A stretch of DNA of 64,000 bases from contig JBFWJC010000001.1 of NCBI GenBank assembly GCA_050253415.1, forward strand, positions 480,001-544,000, given 5' to 3'. The notes beneath the pieces were generated by a model. It had not been told where the DNA came from. It saw only the letters and a list, made by a program, of their open reading frames with translations, and searched no databases. Source of the stretch: Pedobacter sp. (GTDB taxonomy: Bacteria > Desulfobacterota > Desulfuromonadia > Desulfuromonadales > Syntrophotaleaceae). The stretch's first letter is position 1. Every line of letters begins with the position of its first letter. The position numbers and the translations under genes are program-made. This document shows positions 10,843 through 20,315 of the stretch, piece by piece.

Positions 10843-11500
10843 GCAGCAATACCTCCCGCTCGGCAAAATCGGCCGTGGCGGCGTCGTGAGTAACGAGAAT
10901 GACCGTGCGTCCCTGGCCGTGAATACTCTGCAGCAAGGCCATGATTTCCGCGCTGGTAGCCGAATCGAGCTGTCCGGTCGGTTCGTCGGCCAGCAACACC
11001 TGGGGGTCGTTGAGCAGGGCCCGGGCCATGGCCACCCTTTGCTGCTGACCGCCGGACAGTTGTCCGGGGCGAAAATGAAAACGATCCGCCAGCCCTACCT
11101 GGGTCAGCAACTCCTCTGCGCGGTGTTTCAGCTGTCGCGCCGGGGTGGCGCCGTACAGGCCGGGCAACATGACGTTCTCCAAGGCGGAGATGTAGGGGAT
11201 CAGGTAGAAAGTCTGAAAGATAAAGCCGAACAGCTGGTTGCGCAGCGCACTGAGGCGATCATCGGGTAAATTGGCAACATCGTCTCCCTGCAACAGGTAA
11301 CGGCCACCGGTGGGGCGATCGAGTAAACCGAGGATGTGCATCAGGGTCGATTTGCCTGAGCCGGAGGCGCCTCGCAGCGCCACGAACTCTCCCTGACCGA
11401 TGTCGATACTGACCCCCTTGAGTACCTCGATAGTCAGATCCCCGAGCAGAAAGGTCTTTTCGATATTCTGCAACTGGATAATCGGCTGGCTGCCACTCAT
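10817..11500 (-). CDS. ABC transporter ATP-binding protein (MacB/LolD type)
   Basis: GASGSGKST, LSGGQQQRVAMARAL, LLADEPTGQLD, VTHD. Confidence 0.95.
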   Translation of the reverse strand: MSGSQPIIQLQNIEKTFLLGDLTIEVLKGVSIDIGQGEFVALRGASGSGKSTLMHILGLLDRPTGGRYLLQGDDVANLPDDRLSALRNQLFGFIFQTFYLIPYISALENVMLPGLYGATPARQLKHRAEELLTQVGLADRFHFRPGQLSGGQQQRVAMARALLNDPQVLLADEPTGQLDSATSAEIMALLQSIHGQGRTVILVTHDAATADFAEREVLLHDGLVQDR

Positions 11501-12741
11501 GGTTTGGACTTTCGATTATTGCCTTTGCCTTTGTCGCCGAGTACCACCTGGGTCGCCACCGTGTCCCCTTGTTTCAAGCCTTCCACGATTTCGCTTTCCA
11601 GCAGCCCGGTAAGTCCCAGCTTCGGCAAAACCTCCCGCACCTGTCCTTCGGTTTTCACCAGATACACCACCTGGCGTCCGTCGACCCACTTCAGGGCGGC
11701 ATTGGGCAGACGCAACACGTTGTCCTTTTCAGCGACCACTATCTGCACCTGGGTGGTCATTTCCGGCCGTAGCCAGGCGGCCTCCGCTTTGGGGATCGCG
11801 ACCAGTGCCTTGTAATAAACGATGTTTTCACGGATTTCAGGTTCGGGGTAGACCGTCTGAATGGTACCGCGGAACACTTTGTCCGGGTACGCATCGACGC
11901 GAAATTCGGCCAGTTGTCCGGTCCGCACCTGGCCGATGTCCGTCTCGTCGACATAAATCCACATTTCCAGCCGTGAGGTGTCGAGCACCGTGATCAGGTT
12001 GGCGACCTGCAGACCGGCGACGATGGTTTCACCCTCCTGGGCGGTCACCTGGCTCACCACGCCGTCGATGGGGCTGTGAATGCTGGTGTAGGAAAGACGC
12101 ACGCGCAAGGCGTCCAGATTGGCTCTGGTTGCTTGCACCGCCAGTTCCGCCTGGCGCAGGTTTTCCTCGAATTCGCGTTGCTGGCGTTGCAATGCGGCTT
12201 GACGGGAGTTCTGACGTCGCGTCTCGACTTCAGCCTGTTGCAGGGCGTTTTCCAGCTCATCCTGAGACACCACCCCTTCCTTCGCCAGAGTCTTGATCCG
12301 CTGGGCGTTGCTGCGCAGATAATCGGCCTGGGCGCGGGTCAGGTCCAGCTCGGCCCGTGCTTCCTCGATGAGCAGGGGATCGACCCTTCGCACCCGTTGC
12401 AGGGCCGCTTCCTCGGTGAGCAGCTTGGCACGCGCTTCGGCAACCTGGGACTGGATCTCGCGGCTGTCGATGCGTGCCACCAACTGCCCCTGTTTCACCA
12501 CATCTCCGACCTGCACCAGCATCTTATCGATGGTGCCGGTGGCCCTGGCGCCGATTTTGACGATGGCACCGACCTGAGACTTGACGATGCCGGTCTGTTC
12601 CAGTACCTGGCGCACACTGCCCCGATCTACCTGGGCTGTCTCCAGAACCTGTACCGGAGTTTTGCTGTGCCGTGTTTGCCAGAAGATCAAACCGGCCAGC
12701 AGTATCGCGCCGAGCAGCGCGAGAAGTAAAAATTTTTTCAT
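11497..12741 (-). CDS. Efflux periplasmic adaptor / membrane fusion protein (MacA-like)
   Basis: N-terminal anchor, lipoyl halves (VQVGDVVKQGQL, IHSPIDGVV), coiled-coil hairpin, VDETDIGQV. Confidence 0.92.
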   Translation of the reverse strand: MKKFLLLALLGAILLAGLIFWQTRHSKTPVQVLETAQVDRGSVRQVLEQTGIVKSQVGAIVKIGARATGTIDKMLVQVGDVVKQGQLVARIDSREIQSQVAEARAKLLTEEAALQRVRRVDPLLIEEARAELDLTRAQADYLRSNAQRIKTLAKEGVVSQDELENALQQAEVETRRQNSRQAALQRQQREFEENLRQAELAVQATRANLDALRVRLSYTSIHSPIDGVVSQVTAQEGETIVAGLQVANLITVLDTSRLEMWIYVDETDIGQVRTGQLAEFRVDAYPDKVFRGTIQTVYPEPEIRENIVYYKALVAIPKAEAAWLRPEMTTQVQIVVAEKDNVLRLPNAALKWVDGRQVVYLVKTEGQVREVLPKLGLTGLLESEIVEGLKQGDTVATQVVLGDKGKGNNRKSKP

Positions 12742-12970
12742 CGAAAATCCCTTCCTGTAGCCAAAGCCTGAACCGCTAAAGGCACCCGTATTTTCAATAG
12801 GATAACGTAGCTCAACCGCCCTTGTGAAGTGCCGGGGAGGCGGGCTTTTGTTTGCTTTTTGCGGCCAGTTATGTTAGCAAACCCGCAGCGAGTATTTATT
12901 TCAGGCTGTTTGCAGCCATGCTGTCCGTCGCCGCATTGCACCGGGCAGGCTAACAAAGGAGACTCTTTTC

Positions 12971-14503
12971 ATGTCATGCCGCTGGATTATGATTCTGGCC
13001 CTGTTGTTTTTGTGGGCCGTGCCGGTCGCTGCCGCACCGAGTCCCGCAGTGCCGTTGGACAGCTGGGTGTATCCGGCTCTCGACAAACTGACGGGGCTGG
13101 GCCTTATATCCTCATCTCTGCAGGGCGATCGCCCCTTCTCCCGAGCTGAAGCGGCTCGTCAGACCATCGAAGCCGTGGAATCCGGTCAGGATCATATCGT
13201 GCCATCGATCGGCCAGGAACTGGTCGCACGGCTCAAAAAGGAATTCCGCCAGGAAATCCGTGAGCTGCACGACGGCGCGGAACATGCCGAAAGCTATTTT
13301 AAACCGATCCGCGAAATGCGCTTCGACTACGTGTTCCGGGACGGCGCCGACAGTTATTACCCCGGCACCAACGCCCGCCAGTTTGCCCTGCTGACCAATC
13401 GCGACGGCCTTGACTACGGCGAAAACCACAACCTCGAGGTCTCCCTGTCCGGCGATGCACGCTGGGGGAAATGGTTACTGGTCGACTGGCGCCCGCTGCT
13501 GCGTGCCCAGGAAGACGGCAATACCGGCCTCCGCCTGCGCCAGGGCAATGTGACCCTGGGGCTCGGCCCGGTGGAACTTTCCGTCGGCCGCCAGTCCCTG
13601 TGGTGGGGGCAGGGTCGCAACGGCTCCCTGGTACTGACCAACAATGCCGACCCCCTCGACATGATCCGCCTGACCAACCCCACGCCGGTGGTCCTGCCGT
13701 GGATCTTCAAGTACCTGGGGGCGTTCCGTTTTGATCTGTTCACCGCGCGTCTCGACGACGATCGCGATGTGGCGGAGCCTTATTTCGGCGGCATGCGCAT
13801 CGGCCTCAAGCCGACCAGCTGGCTGGAACTTGGTCTATGCCGCACGGTCATGTTCGGCGGCGAGGGACGTCCCGGTGTCGGTTTCGACGATTTCCTGACC
13901 ATCATCGGCGGCGAGAACCTCAGCGGCGCTGAGGATACCAGTAATTCGGTCGCCGCCATCGATGTGCGCATCAAACTGCCGTTTTTGTGGAACGCCGAAC
14001 TCTACGGTGAACTCGGCGGCGAGGATCAGGCCGATTTCGCCGGCTTTTTGCCGTTTTTTTCCAAAAAGGCCTACCTGGCCGGTCTCTATCTGCCGCAAAT
14101 CGAGCCGAGCGGGCGCCTGAGCCTGCGTCTGGAATACGCCGACACCGGCATGGATACCAATATCTGGTACCGTCATAGCCAGTACACCTCGGGATACACC
14201 TACCAGCAAAAGATCATGGGCCATGCCATGGGCGGTACCGCCCAGGATTATTTCGCAGAGCTTGAAGCCTACTTCCCTCTGGGACTGCGCATGGCTTTCA
14301 GTCTCGACCACCAACAGCGCTCCATCGGCGGCTCCGTGTCGGAAAAGCATTATCAGCCGGGTGTGGCTGTAACATGGCACTGCTCGCCGCAACTTACTTT
14401 ACGATTCGATTATGCCTTTGACCGGGTGGAAAACTTCGCCTATCAGAGTGGCGAAACCCGCAACCTGCATATGGCCAACGCCGGAGTCAACTGGAACTGG
14501 TAA
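12971..14503 (+). CDS. wzi: Capsule assembly Wzi family outer-membrane beta-barrel
   Basis: Signal peptide, VPLDSWVYPALDKL, GRQSLWWGQGRNGSLVLTNNA, terminal aromatic WNW. Confidence 0.8.
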   Translation: MSCRWIMILALLFLWAVPVAAAPSPAVPLDSWVYPALDKLTGLGLISSSLQGDRPFSRAEAARQTIEAVESGQDHIVPSIGQELVARLKKEFRQEIRELHDGAEHAESYFKPIREMRFDYVFRDGADSYYPGTNARQFALLTNRDGLDYGENHNLEVSLSGDARWGKWLLVDWRPLLRAQEDGNTGLRLRQGNVTLGLGPVELSVGRQSLWWGQGRNGSLVLTNNADPLDMIRLTNPTPVVLPWIFKYLGAFRFDLFTARLDDDRDVAEPYFGGMRIGLKPTSWLELGLCRTVMFGGEGRPGVGFDDFLTIIGGENLSGAEDTSNSVAAIDVRIKLPFLWNAELYGELGGEDQADFAGFLPFFSKKAYLAGLYLPQIEPSGRLSLRLEYADTGMDTNIWYRHSQYTSGYTYQQKIMGHAMGGTAQDYFAELEAYFPLGLRMAFSLDHQQRSIGGSVSEKHYQPGVAVTWHCSPQLTLRFDYAFDRVENFAYQSGETRNLHMANAGVNWNW

Positions 14504-14553
14504 CGATAACCGGCAGGCCCCTTCGGGAAACCAATTTTGAATAGACGTTCCGC

Positions 14554-14587
14554 GAGCCTCAGGGGTTTACCTCTGGGGCTTTTTTTT
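14554..14587 (+). terminator. Intrinsic terminator after wzi
   Basis: GAGCCTCAGGGG-ttta-CCTCTGGGGCT followed by T-run. Confidence 0.75.
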
Positions 14588-14605
14588 CGGGATAGGCAGG
14601 TTTTT

Positions 14606-15781
14606 TTAAAAAGGTTCGTCGCCGCCAGGGGGACGTTCCCGATCGCTGAACCATCCCAGAAAAGCCTGCGCCTTGCCCCAGAACCATTCTTTCAGGCGCT
14701 TATGCCATGAGCGCACCAGCCAGTCCTCCAGCCGGATTTCGATGCTACGGGCAAAATCGCTTTCCAGCAACATCGCCGCCTGCTCGCTGATCTCCGCATC
14801 CTGCACTTCCTGGTTGGCCTCCAGGTTCCAGCGGTAATTCCAGGCGTCCGCGTTACTGGAGCCAAGACTCAACCAGTCATCGCACAAAAACAGTTTGTAG
14901 TGGGTAAAACGCGGCTGGTACTCGAAGATTCGCACGCCGGCCTTCAGCAAACGATGGTAGTAGCGTCGACCCATGTACATGACCGCCGGATGGTCGCTCC
15001 AGGCGCCCGGCAGCAGCAGGCGCACATCCTTGCCGCTACGCGCGCTGCGCCGCAGGCTTTGGCGCAACTTCCAGGATGGCACAAAATAGGCGGTCGCCAA
15101 CCATACTCTGCGGCGTGCGCTCCTGGTTTGACGGACGTAGGAGCGCATGATTTCGGACCGCCCCCTGATCCCCCTCTGCACGGTAACCCGGCCACGCCCG
15201 CTGTCACATTGGGGCCAGGCGCCACCGGGGACCTCGGACAGCGCGCTATCCGCCCAGCGATTCCACAGCTTGGCGAAAAGCGCCTGCCAGTCGGCCAGAC
15301 AGGGGCCGCGCACCTCAAGCATGGCTTCGTGCCACCACCTGTCTTGCTCGACACGCGGATCGAAAGCATCGGTCAATCCTGCGCCACCGATAAAGGCCAC
15401 ATCTCCATCCACGAGCAGCAGTTTGCGATGATCGCGCAGCAGGTTGGTGCGCCACCGGAAAAACTTGAGGGGATTGTAAAAGGTCAACTCCACGCCGGCA
15501 TCGACAAGGCGCTTTCGGTCGCTGCGTCGCAATCCCAATGCGCCGTAATCATCCAACAGCACGCAAACCCTGACCCCCCGGGCAGCGGCCGCGCACAGCT
15601 GCGTGAAGAAACGGTTGACCACCTGTCCCGATTCGCACAGGTACATCTCCAACAGCACATAGCGGCGCGCCGCGGCGATGCTGGCTTCCATGGCCGGGAA
15701 AAAACGATCCCCATCCACCAGCAGCCGAAAATGATTTCCTTTGCGCCAGGGAAACCGGTATTTGCCATTGGAGGTTTTCAT
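14606..15781 (-). CDS. Phospholipase D family / cardiolipin synthase (ClsB-like)
   Basis: Two HxKxxxxD motifs (HRKLLLVD, HYKLFLCD), ATAYFVP, GSSN; no N-terminal TM; start placed at ATG 15781. Confidence 0.88.
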   Translation of the reverse strand: MKTSNGKYRFPWRKGNHFRLLVDGDRFFPAMEASIAAARRYVLLEMYLCESGQVVNRFFTQLCAAAARGVRVCVLLDDYGALGLRRSDRKRLVDAGVELTFYNPLKFFRWRTNLLRDHRKLLLVDGDVAFIGGAGLTDAFDPRVEQDRWWHEAMLEVRGPCLADWQALFAKLWNRWADSALSEVPGGAWPQCDSGRGRVTVQRGIRGRSEIMRSYVRQTRSARRRVWLATAYFVPSWKLRQSLRRSARSGKDVRLLLPGAWSDHPAVMYMGRRYYHRLLKAGVRIFEYQPRFTHYKLFLCDDWLSLGSSNADAWNYRWNLEANQEVQDAEISEQAAMLLESDFARSIEIRLEDWLVRSWHKRLKEWFWGKAQAFLGWFSDRERPPGGDEPF

Positions 15782-15920
15782 CACTGCCCTTTTAGCCAAA
15801 AATACGCGATAGCCTGATGGTCCTTGCGGTTTACCCACAGGTGGCTTCACCGGGACATTAAAAGCAATTTCGAACGCTGATAATTTTTATAAAAGCTGGT
15901 ATGAACCTCAAAACACCCAT

Positions 15921-16006
15921 GACAGGGATGAGCAGGATAGGCAGGATAAATACCTTTAAAAGGAAGGGGCGACTCTAATCCTGAATATCCTGTGTATCCT
16001 TGTTAA
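15921..16006. repeat. Palindromic element with (CAGGATNNN)x3 arms, copy 1
   Basis: Left arm GACAGGGATGAGCAGGATAGGCAGGAT, right arm ATCCTGAATATCCTGTGTATCCTTGTT; related copy at 17606-17691. Confidence 0.75.
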
Positions 16007-16150
16007 ATGCTTTTTTGTGCATAGTTTTTACGGATCATCCGTATGGTTTCATCTGCGTGCCTCCGCCTTTATCTGCGTTCGGCATTGGATTTTGAATACG
16101 TCACCATGTTTTATTAAGCATACCCGATTAGTCGCTGCATGCAGGTCGGG

Positions 16151-17392
16151 CTACAGCATGCCGATTACCGCACCGGTCATGCAGGTCGCCAGGGTTCCGG
16201 CGACGATCGATTTCAACCCCAGGCTTACGATTTCGCCTCGGCGCTCGGGCGCCATGGTGCCCATGCCGCCGATCATGATCCCCAGCGAGCCGAAATTGGC
16301 AAACCCGCACAGCGCGTAAGCCAGGATCAGGCGGCTGCGTTCGGATAAAGCTGCGGCCGGCAACTGCGCCATGTCGAGATAAGCCAGCAACTCATTGAGG
16401 ATCACCTTGGTGCCGAGCAGGCCGCCGGCTGTTACCGCCTCGCTCCAGGGGACGCCGATCACCCAGGCTACAGGTGCCAGCAGCCAGCCGAGTATTCGCT
16501 GCAGGGTCAAGGCCTGCCCCTGTACCGCCGGCAGCAGGCTCAGCAGCTCATTGCCCAGATGCACCAGTGCCACCAGCACGATCAGCATGGCCAGGATATT
16601 CAGCCACAGCTTCAGCCCCTCGGAGGTGCCATGAGTGATGGCGTCCATGGCGCTGTCGGCCGATTCAAGCATAACCAGGTCGCCGTTGGTCGGCGGCCCG
16701 ACCGGGGGCACCATCAGTTGGGAGATGACTATTGCGGCCGGTGCGCTGATCAGCGAAGCGATGAGAATATGCCCGAGAGCATCGGGGATGACGTTTTGCA
16801 GAAAACCGGCGTAAAGCACCAGCATGGTGCCGGCAATGGTACTCATGCCGCAGGTCATGACGGTGAACAGTTCGCTGCGGCTGAGGGTTTTGAGATACGG
16901 GCGGATCAGCAGCGGCGCTTCCACCATGCCGACAAAGATATTGGCCGCCGCGCCGATCGCCACGGCGCCGCCAATGGGCAGTACCCGGCGCAGCAGACTC
17001 GACAGCCCCCGTACTACCAGCGGCAGCACCCGCCAGTAAAACAGCAGCGCGGACAGGGCGCTCATGACCAGCACCAGAGGCAGGGCGCGCAGCCCCAGGA
17101 TGAAGGAACTGCCGGGGGCGGTTTCCACAAACGGCAGCGGCGCGCCGCCCAAATAGCCGAACACCAATGCCGTGCCGGCGGCACTGGATCGGTCCAGGGC
17201 TAGGAACAGCTGATTGAGGGACAGGAAAAAACCGCGGCAGGCCGGCAGCTTGAGCAGCAATACCGCGAGCGCAATCTGCAACGATATGCCCACCATCAGA
17301 GTCTTGACCGGCAATCGGCGACGATTTTCACTGCACAACCAGGCGATTACAGTGAGAGCCAGTAAGCCGAGCAGACCGCGTACAACAAACAT
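16151..17392 (-). CDS. Concentrative nucleoside transporter (NupC/CNT family)
   Basis: AAANIFVGMVEAPLLIRPYL, GMSTIAGT, KVILNELLAY, YALCGFANFGSLGIMIGG. Confidence 0.93.
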   Translation of the reverse strand: MFVVRGLLGLLALTVIAWLCSENRRRLPVKTLMVGISLQIALAVLLLKLPACRGFFLSLNQLFLALDRSSAAGTALVFGYLGGAPLPFVETAPGSSFILGLRALPLVLVMSALSALLFYWRVLPLVVRGLSSLLRRVLPIGGAVAIGAAANIFVGMVEAPLLIRPYLKTLSRSELFTVMTCGMSTIAGTMLVLYAGFLQNVIPDALGHILIASLISAPAAIVISQLMVPPVGPPTNGDLVMLESADSAMDAITHGTSEGLKLWLNILAMLIVLVALVHLGNELLSLLPAVQGQALTLQRILGWLLAPVAWVIGVPWSEAVTAGGLLGTKVILNELLAYLDMAQLPAAALSERSRLILAYALCGFANFGSLGIMIGGMGTMAPERRGEIVSLGLKSIVAGTLATCMTGAVIGML

Positions 17393-17490
17393 GGAAAACC
17401 CTCCGTGAGACTGGTAACTTTGTGTGCCGTATTCAGTACAATCACCGGTAGACCCGGGAATTGAAGAAGGCCGTTAAGATCGGTTGAATC

Positions 17491-17793
17491 TTTTCACCAC
17501 CCGTTCACTTCGTTCACTGAAGGCACGAAATTCAAGAAGAAAATATCGTGTGAAGACAGATCGTTGTTGATAACGGCAGGTCTCATTTTATGAAAAATAT
17601 CAACCAACAGGGATATACAGGATACTCAGGATTAAAACCCAATCTGTGAAACTTGAATTTTTATCCTGAACATCTTGATTATCCCTGTTAATGCATGACT
17701 TGAAGGTCCCAGAAGAGATCCAAAAGGTCCACGGCAAAGAAGTGGCTGTTCTGTTGATTTTCTTCGTGCTCTTCGTGTCCTCTGTGGTGAAAT
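17491..17793. repeat. Nested palindromic element (outer CACGAAG-type arms, inner CAGGAT-type hairpin copy 2)
   Basis: Outer arms TTTCACCAC..GGCACGAAATTCAAGAAGAAAA / TTTTCTTCGTGCTCTTCGTGTCCTCTGTGGTGAAA enclose inner AACAGGGATATACAGGATACTCAGGAT / ATCCTGAACATCTTGATTATCCCTGTT. Confidence 0.7.
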
Positions 17794-17861
17794 ATCCATG
17801 TTTGCCCTCCCGCAGAATGATTCAATGGGGATAGGCAAGCCTTATCTATTTTGTGCAGAAT

Positions 17862-19460
17862 TTAAAACATGCCGATCACCAGCAGATTGACCGCGCCGAT
17901 GATGCCGCCGAGCAATGCCCCGAACAGGTTGATGTACTTGAACTGCTCCTGCATGATGCCGAGCAGCAGGTTTTCCACTGCCAGAATGTCGAGGCTGTTG
18001 ACCTTCTCTTCGACCATGCGGCTGACATCGAGGGAATCGACCAGTTGCGGCACTTCGCGGCAGAGCAGCTGCATTAACTGGGCGTTGAGGCCGTCCTCCA
18101 GTTCCAGTCGTATTTCGCTCGACATGCGTGACGACAAGCGGCCCAGGGGGAGTTGGAACAGCCAGTTTTCGACCAGGGATGCCAGTTCTGCATCGACCAT
18201 GGCCTGGGCTGCAGGGGAGCGCAGGGTCGCCAGCAAACGGTCGGTCACGGCCTGCCGCGCCCGCGGCATGCCGCCGGGGGGCAACATCCCGCTCAACAAT
18301 TCGCCCAGGGTGCGCTGCCGCAGAGGGTCGAGCATGCGGTCGACCAGGGTCTCCAGAGTTTTGCCCGCCGCCGGACCGCGCAGGGTTACGACCACTCTGG
18401 CCCGCACGAACCTCCGTACGCGGGCGATGCGCCCGTAAGGCATGTCGGCCAGCAAGGTTGCCGGGGATTTTTCCAGCAGCAGATCGAAACGCTCCCGAAT
18501 TACCTGGGCCACCTTGCGCCGGGTCTTCTCCTCGGCCAGACAACGGCTGAGTTCATCGCTGGCCCGGTCGAGCAGTCCGGGCAGGTACTGAGCAATCTTT
18601 TCCGGGGTGAGAAACCCTGCCACCAGGCCGCCCATCATGCCGAGCGACGCGGTGAAACCGGCGATCGCCTCCTGGGCCTTTTCCGCTAAGCGCTGGCGCA
18701 CCTCCGGATCCTGCAGCAAGGTCAGCAAGCGTTCCATCAACTCCGGCAGCTCCTGCTCGATCCAGTTCTGCACACTCTCGATCAGATCGTTGGGTACAAA
18801 GTCTCGCAACGGCCGATCTGATTCCAGCAGTTTCTGCAATTGCTCGTCCAGCATGCGGCCGGCTTCGCGGCCGACCTTGTCGGACTGCAGCCAGGCCACC
18901 GCCTTGCGTCGCAGATGGCGTTCCACCGCCGCCCGTTGCAGCGCACCCAGCATGCTGGCCGGTTCGCGCGCCAGCAGCGCATCGCCTTTTTCCTGCAGCC
19001 AGTTGGTCAGTCGGGTTTTGAAGGCCGGGCTTTCCAGATAATCGAACAGCGCCCGCACCGCCTTCCAGCGCAAGGTTTCGGTCAGTTCCCGAAACCGGCC
19101 TTTGAATTTATCCGGCACCAGATCCACCAGCGGTCCGAGATCCCGGTCGAGCAGTCCGCCGAGCTTGCCGGCCACCGCCTGGCGTAATTCGACCTGAAAG
19201 CTTTCCCGCTGCAACGCCCCGGCCACTTCATCCGGCGTCACCAGATGGCTGCCGACCATGTCGCCGATCCGGCGTGCCAGCTCCTCGCGCTTGGACGGAA
19301 TGATGCCGGGGGTCAACGGTACCCGGATGCCGAAAATCCGCCAGGCCCGCAACGGCCGGAAAAGCATGCGAATGGCGATATAATTGGTAACGTAACCGAT
19401 CACAGCCCCCAGCAGGGGCGGGGCCAGATAGGGAAGAGTTTGAATAATCGCTTCGGACAT
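17862..19460 (-). CDS. DUF445 family membrane protein
   Basis: GAVIGYVTNYIAIRMLFRP, TPGIIP, C-terminal EQFKYINLFGALLGGIIG; start ATG 19460 with GAGG RBS. Confidence 0.85.
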   Translation of the reverse strand: MSEAIIQTLPYLAPPLLGAVIGYVTNYIAIRMLFRPLRAWRIFGIRVPLTPGIIPSKREELARRIGDMVGSHLVTPDEVAGALQRESFQVELRQAVAGKLGGLLDRDLGPLVDLVPDKFKGRFRELTETLRWKAVRALFDYLESPAFKTRLTNWLQEKGDALLAREPASMLGALQRAAVERHLRRKAVAWLQSDKVGREAGRMLDEQLQKLLESDRPLRDFVPNDLIESVQNWIEQELPELMERLLTLLQDPEVRQRLAEKAQEAIAGFTASLGMMGGLVAGFLTPEKIAQYLPGLLDRASDELSRCLAEEKTRRKVAQVIRERFDLLLEKSPATLLADMPYGRIARVRRFVRARVVVTLRGPAAGKTLETLVDRMLDPLRQRTLGELLSGMLPPGGMPRARQAVTDRLLATLRSPAAQAMVDAELASLVENWLFQLPLGRLSSRMSSEIRLELEDGLNAQLMQLLCREVPQLVDSLDVSRMVEEKVNSLDILAVENLLLGIMQEQFKYINLFGALLGGIIGAVNLLVIGMF

Positions 19461-19597
19461 GAGCACCTCGCGGTAATTAGATAAAGGGGGCGGCTGCTTG
19501 TGGTGCGGCCGCCGGTTATCATAACGATAATATAACGGGCGTGCAAGCACCACAAACCGCTCGATTTGTTAAACTTTTGGGGAGACGGTCAGAGGCA

Positions 19598-19754
19598 GTG
19601 GCTGGTGATCAGTGATTAGTGACGGGTTGTTCAGGGTAAATCCCATTGAGACGCCTTCCGAAGTTCCATCCAGCACATTCGGTGGTCGATAGATCGTGTA
19701 GAATAAATGCAGGAATCAGGTGTTTTTGACCAATCACCAGTCACTAATCACCGG
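19598..19754. repeat. Inverted heptamer arrays (GTGAYYR)n
   Basis: GTGGCTG GTGATCA GTGATTA GTGACGG at 19598-19627 and the complementary TGACCAATCACCAGTCACTAATCACC at 19727-19752; similar run at 8306-8340. Confidence 0.6.
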
Positions 19755-19819
19755 GCTAGAAAAAGTTCCCTGATCGTAAAAACTAAATGACTAGAGTCAA
19801 CAGACAAGGAATGCACCCT

Positions 19820-20314
19820 ATGACCTCACAGGATTCAGCCGTGGAAGCCAAACTTTGCATTCGTGAAATGAGCATCGATGACCTTTCCGAGGTGTTTCAT
19901 ATCGGCGAAGAAGTATTCACCGCCGAATTTTCGCCCACTCTTTACCGCACCTGGGATGAATACGAAATCACCACCATGTTCAATTCCGATACGGAACTGT
20001 GCCTGGTGGCCGAAATGGAGGACAACATCGTCGGTTTCGCCCTCGGCACGACGGTGGAAAAACAACGCGGTCCCTGGAAATACGGCTATCTGGTGTGGCT
20101 TGGCGTCCGTCCGATGATCCAAAAGGCCAACATCGGCAAAGCGTTGTTTCGGGAGCTGCGCCGCCGCATGCAAGACCAGGGGGTGCGCATGATCATTGTG
20201 GACACTGCTGCCGATAACAAGGCGGCGCTGTCTTTTTTTCGCAAGCAAGGCTTCAGTAACCCGCGTGAGCACGTCTACCTGAGCCTCAACCTGACGCGTC
20301 CGCACAAAAAATAG
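19820..20314 (+). CDS. GNAT family N-acetyltransferase
   Basis: IREMSIDDL, IVGFALG, WLGVRP..QKANIGKAL, NKAALSFFRKQGF; AAGGA RBS before ATG 19820. Confidence 0.88.
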   Translation: MTSQDSAVEAKLCIREMSIDDLSEVFHIGEEVFTAEFSPTLYRTWDEYEITTMFNSDTELCLVAEMEDNIVGFALGTTVEKQRGPWKYGYLVWLGVRPMIQKANIGKALFRELRRRMQDQGVRMIIVDTAADNKAALSFFRKQGFSNPREHVYLSLNLTRPHKK

Positions 20315-20315
20315 G

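Noticed and set aside
15900..17830. Possible CRISPR array in the repeated intergenic motifs
   Set aside because: Repeats are inverted and degenerate with no constant repeat-spacer period; no cas operon (DUF2779 is only Cas4-like).
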